Of a stretch of DNA of 26,747 nucleotides, positions 23,938 through 26,747 are shown in pieces. Under the pieces are notes generated by a model. That model was not told the DNA's origin and made no database searches. It saw only the letters and a list, made by a program, of their open reading frames with translations. Each line of letters begins with the position of its first letter. Positions within the stretch are counted from its first letter, which is position 1. A program made the translations under genes and the position numbers. Origin of the DNA: Flavobacteriales bacterium (GTDB taxonomy: Bacteria > Bacteroidota > Bacteroidia > CAMBQF01); contig JBIPNX010000001.1 of the NCBI GenBank assembly GCA_044378145.1, forward strand, positions 1 through 26,747, written 5' to 3'.

Positions 23938-25494
23938 ATGGATAAGAATAAAGGGTTACTCCCTGTCTTTATAAGCGCATTATTTGCTACGCTAATCTTT
24001 CATAAACAAGGCTCGGGGCTTAATGTGCTGGTATTTGAGCTCGTAACATTTTTATACCTGCTGGCTACAAAGCAATTCAGTTTTAAGGGCCGGAATATGA
24101 TTACTGTTTCAGTAGCCTTGGTGTTTACTGCCGTGGCATTTGTATTTGTAAACTTCTCGATATACGGCTTTATAGTTAACCTGTTGGTGTTTACGCTGTT
24201 TATTGGCATGGTTGCTTATCCACAGGCTAAATCGTTGCTTACAACACTGGGTATTTCTATTGTGAATGTTATAGATGGACAACGTGAATTTTTTAGTAAG
24301 TTGGCAAATCCTCAGGCGGGCAGTAAAGGCTTTAGGAGGCGTATTAGAAGGCTTGCTATATTCTTTGTTCCGTTACTTATAATCTTTGTATTTATTTTTA
24401 TTTACAGTGCATCTAACCCTGTGTTTGATGAGCTGGTGCAAAAAGTGGCCGATTTTATTGATAAAAACATCCTGTATATTTTTCAGGATTTAGACTTCAT
24501 GATGATCTTCACATTCCTGCTATACGTGTTTGTAAGCAATTTTATCTACCTGCGAACAGCCATTGTTAGCCTGGTTAACAAAGATGCAAATGAAACCGAT
24601 GAGCTGAGAAGGGTGAAGGTTAAACAGTATAACCAATATGGTAAAGTAATTGCTAAACCCTCGGGTTTAAAAAACGAATACAGGGCTGGAGTGTTCCTGC
24701 TTGTGGTGCTAAATGCCCTTATTTTATTGCTCAATATTATTGATGTTAATTGGGTTTGGTTTAACTTCTCGTGGGAGGGACAGTATTTAAAGCAGTTCGT
24801 ACACGAAGGTACGTATATGTTGATTATTTCCATATTAATATCCATTGCATTGGTGCTTTACTATTTCAGGAATAATCTTAATTTTTACTCAAAAAATAAA
24901 GTATTAAAATACCTTAGCTATGCATGGCTGGCACAAAATGCTGTGCTGGCAATATCAGTTTGTGTGCGTAATTACAGGTATGTAGAGTACTTCTCATTGG
25001 CCTATAAACGCATTGGGGTATTCATCTTTTTGCTGCTTACATTGTATGGTTTGTACACTGTGTTTATCAAGGTAAAAGATAAGCGCTCGTCGTTCTATTT
25101 ATTCAGGGTAAATGCCTATGCCGTTTTGGTGGTGTTGGTAGTTACCTCTCTGTTTAATTGGGATGTAATAATTGCCAAATACAACTTTGCCCATGCCGAC
25201 CGCTCGTACCTGCACCTCGATTTTATGAGTGAGCTGTCTGATAAAGCCCTGCCGTACTTGGATAAGCCATTGGCTGAAGTTGAGAAGATAAAGCTGGCAC
25301 AGCAGGATGATTTTGAATTTGATTCGGGTAGTAGTCGCCTTAGTCGTGGCTATAGTTACATGACGCCCGAAGCGTATTGCGATATGATAGCCTACCGCAA
25401 AACCCAGTTTATTATCGATTGGGAGCAAAAATCTATCTGGGAATGGAACTGGCCTGAATACAAGGCTTACCAAGAGTTAAAAGTGAAAAACTAA
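23938..25494 (+). CDS. DUF4153/DUF4173-like polytopic membrane protein
   Basis: IYSASNPVF, QFVHEG, YVEYFSLAYKRIGV, FNWDVIIAKYN, LSDKALP. ATG 23938 is preferred over the track's TTG 23920 (same frame). Confidence 0.7.
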   Translation: MDKNKGLLPVFISALFATLIFHKQGSGLNVLVFELVTFLYLLATKQFSFKGRNMITVSVALVFTAVAFVFVNFSIYGFIVNLLVFTLFIGMVAYPQAKSLLTTLGISIVNVIDGQREFFSKLANPQAGSKGFRRRIRRLAIFFVPLLIIFVFIFIYSASNPVFDELVQKVADFIDKNILYIFQDLDFMMIFTFLLYVFVSNFIYLRTAIVSLVNKDANETDELRRVKVKQYNQYGKVIAKPSGLKNEYRAGVFLLVVLNALILLLNIIDVNWVWFNFSWEGQYLKQFVHEGTYMLIISILISIALVLYYFRNNLNFYSKNKVLKYLSYAWLAQNAVLAISVCVRNYRYVEYFSLAYKRIGVFIFLLLTLYGLYTVFIKVKDKRSSFYLFRVNAYAVLVVLVVTSLFNWDVIIAKYNFAHADRSYLHLDFMSELSDKALPYLDKPLAEVEKIKLAQQDDFEFDSGSSRLSRGYSYMTPEAYCDMIAYRKTQFIIDWEQKSIWEWNWPEYKAYQELKVKN

Positions 25495-25537
25495 CAGTTA
25501 ATAATGAGTAGTTTAATCAGGCTTTTGTCTGTTTGCG

Positions 25538-25575
25538 CTAATTACTATAACCTAACACCTAAAACCTATCCCCTA
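25538..25575 (-). repeat. Degenerate 7-bp tandem array (TAG-N4)x6 directly upstream of the ABC-F promoter
   Basis: Plus strand CTAATTA CTATAAC CTAACAC CTAAAAC CTATCCC CTA. Minus strand TAG-GGGA-TAG-GTTT-TAG-GTGT-TAG-GTTA-TAG-TAAT-TAG. Confidence 0.75.
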
Positions 25576-25581
25576 ATTTCG

Positions 25582-25589
25582 TACCTTTG
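25582..25589 (+). promoter_or_regulatory. -7 promoter box (TACCTTTG) for the ABC-F gene
   Basis: Exact TAnnTTTG 18 nt upstream of ATG 25608. Confidence 0.75.
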
Positions 25590-25607
25590 CACCCCTTTAA
25601 AAGTGCG

Positions 25608-26747
25608 ATGGTTTCGATAGAAAATTTAAGTGTTCATTTTGCCGGCAGGTATCTGTTTGATGAAATTAGTTATTTAGTTAACCCAAACGACCGTATCGGC
25701 CTTACCGGCCATAACGGTGCGGGCAAATCTACTATGCTTAAAATTATCGCCGGACAGCAAATGCCCGAGAGCGGTAAGGTATCAAAACCAAAGAATTTTA
25801 AAGTAGGCTACCTTCCGCAGGAATTGCATATTAGCGATACCACCAATCTATTGGAAGAAACCGCCAAAGCGTTTGAAGAAGCCAAACAACTGGAGGCTGA
25901 CATTGAGCGCATGGAAAAGGAGCTAATGGACGAAAATGCCGACCATGCGGGCGATGCTTACATGGATTTGGTAAACCGTTTTTCTGAAGCTTCGGAACGC
26001 TACAACCACTTAGGCGGTGGCAACTACATGGCGCAGGTAGAGAAAATTTTGATTGGCCTTGGATTTAAATCGGAGCAGTTTGGCCTGCACACTTCGGAGT
26101 TTAGCGGCGGCTGGCGTATGCGTATTGAGTTGGCAAAAATCCTGTTACAGCACAACGATTTACTTCTGCTGGATGAGCCAACCAACCACTTGGATATTGA
26201 GAGTATCGGCTGGTTAGAGGGTTTCCTTTCTAACTACGAAGGTGCTGTGGTAATGGTATCGCATGATAAGGCTTTTCTTGATAAAGCAACCAACCGCACC
26301 ATTGAAATTGCCGGCGGCAAAATACACGACTATAAAGCGAATTACTCTAAGTACTTAATCCTGCGCGAAGAGCGCCGCCAGTTACAATTGGCCGCTAAAA
26401 AGAACCAGGATAAATACATTGAGCATACAGAGGAGTTAATCAACAAATTTAAGGCTAAAAACAGCAAGGCATCGTTCGCGCAAAGCTTGATGAAGAAACT
26501 GGATAAGCTGGAGATTGTTGAGTTGGATGATGATAAGGTACAGTCTATCCGTTTCCGTTTTCCTGAGCCGCCACGCTCGGGCAAGGTAACGGTTGATGCA
26601 AAGGATATCCATAAATCATACGGCTCTAAAGAGATTCTGAAAGGCGTTTCATTAATGGTTGAGCGTGGCGAAAAGGTTGCCTTTGTTGGAAAAAACGGCG
26701 AGGGTAAATCTACCTTGTCTAAAGTACTGGCAGGTGTTATTAAAGAC
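25608..26747 (+). CDS. ABC-F family ATPase (ribosome-associated), 3'-truncated by the window edge; absent from the ORF track
   Basis: Manual translation: MVSIENLSVHFAGRYLF...GLTGHNGAGKST (Walker A1), FSGGWRMRIELAKILL, LLLLDEPTNHLD, VSHD, inter-ABC linker, and second Walker A GKNGEGKST. No TM segments. Confidence 0.93.
   Translation, partial: MVSIENLSVHFAGRYLFDEISYLVNPNDRIGLTGHNGAGKSTMLKIIAGQQMPESGKVSKPKNFKVGYLPQELHISDTTNLLEETAKAFEEAKQLEADIERMEKELMDENADHAGDAYMDLVNRFSEASERYNHLGGGNYMAQVEKILIGLGFKSEQFGLHTSEFSGGWRMRIELAKILLQHNDLLLLDEPTNHLDIESIGWLEGFLSNYEGAVVMVSHDKAFLDKATNRTIEIAGGKIHDYKANYSKYLILREERRQLQLAAKKNQDKYIEHTEELINKFKAKNSKASFAQSLMKKLDKLEIVELDDDKVQSIRFRFPEPPRSGKVTVDAKDIHKSYGSKEILKGVSLMVERGEKVAFVGKNGEGKSTLSKVLAGVIKD

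Noticed and set aside
26342-26584. Minus-strand 80-aa ORF, and likewise 24000-24209, 24546-24845 and 25099-25473
   Set aside because: Antisense shadows of the ABC-F and DUF4153-like genes.
25608-26747. ABC-F as an antibiotic-resistance (ARE) gene
   Set aside because: It has housekeeping-type motifs, host-like codon usage, a standard promoter with a very short leader (no room for an attenuator uORF) and no mobile context. Subfamily cannot be fixed from the partial sequence.

Overview
Bacteroidota chromosomal window. The assignment rests on type IX secretion (T9SS) genes, repeated TAnnTTTG -7 promoter boxes and mostly A-rich, SD-less start sites. Left to right: (1) a 5'-truncated SprB-like adhesin with a type B T9SS C-terminal domain, then porP/sprF and a porE-like OmpA lipoprotein; (2) aroB divergent from mqnE; (3) guaB; (4) a secreted DUF3108-like protein and a UPF0104 membrane protein; (5) an SMR transporter behind metH, which has a clear SAM-I riboswitch; (6) an uncharacterised lipoprotein plus two candidate small ORFs; (7) a cobalamin riboswitch-btuB-btuG operon; (8) ahpC divergent from a Rossmann-fold protein; (9) a DUF4153-like membrane protein and a 3'-truncated ABC-F gene that the ORF track missed. 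I saw no CRISPR, transposase, integrase, tRNA or rRNA. The most unusual signals are non-coding. Four degenerate 7-bp-period TAG-N4 arrays occur, three of them starting exactly at a gene's own TAG stop codon. metH has a textbook Shine-Dalgarno plus TTG start behind a SAM-I aptamer with no visible terminator, in a phylum that normally does not use SD. aroB looks leaderless, several dispersed palindromic repeat families are present, and two unannotated small ORFs are candidates. All family calls come from motif recognition by eye, not database searches.
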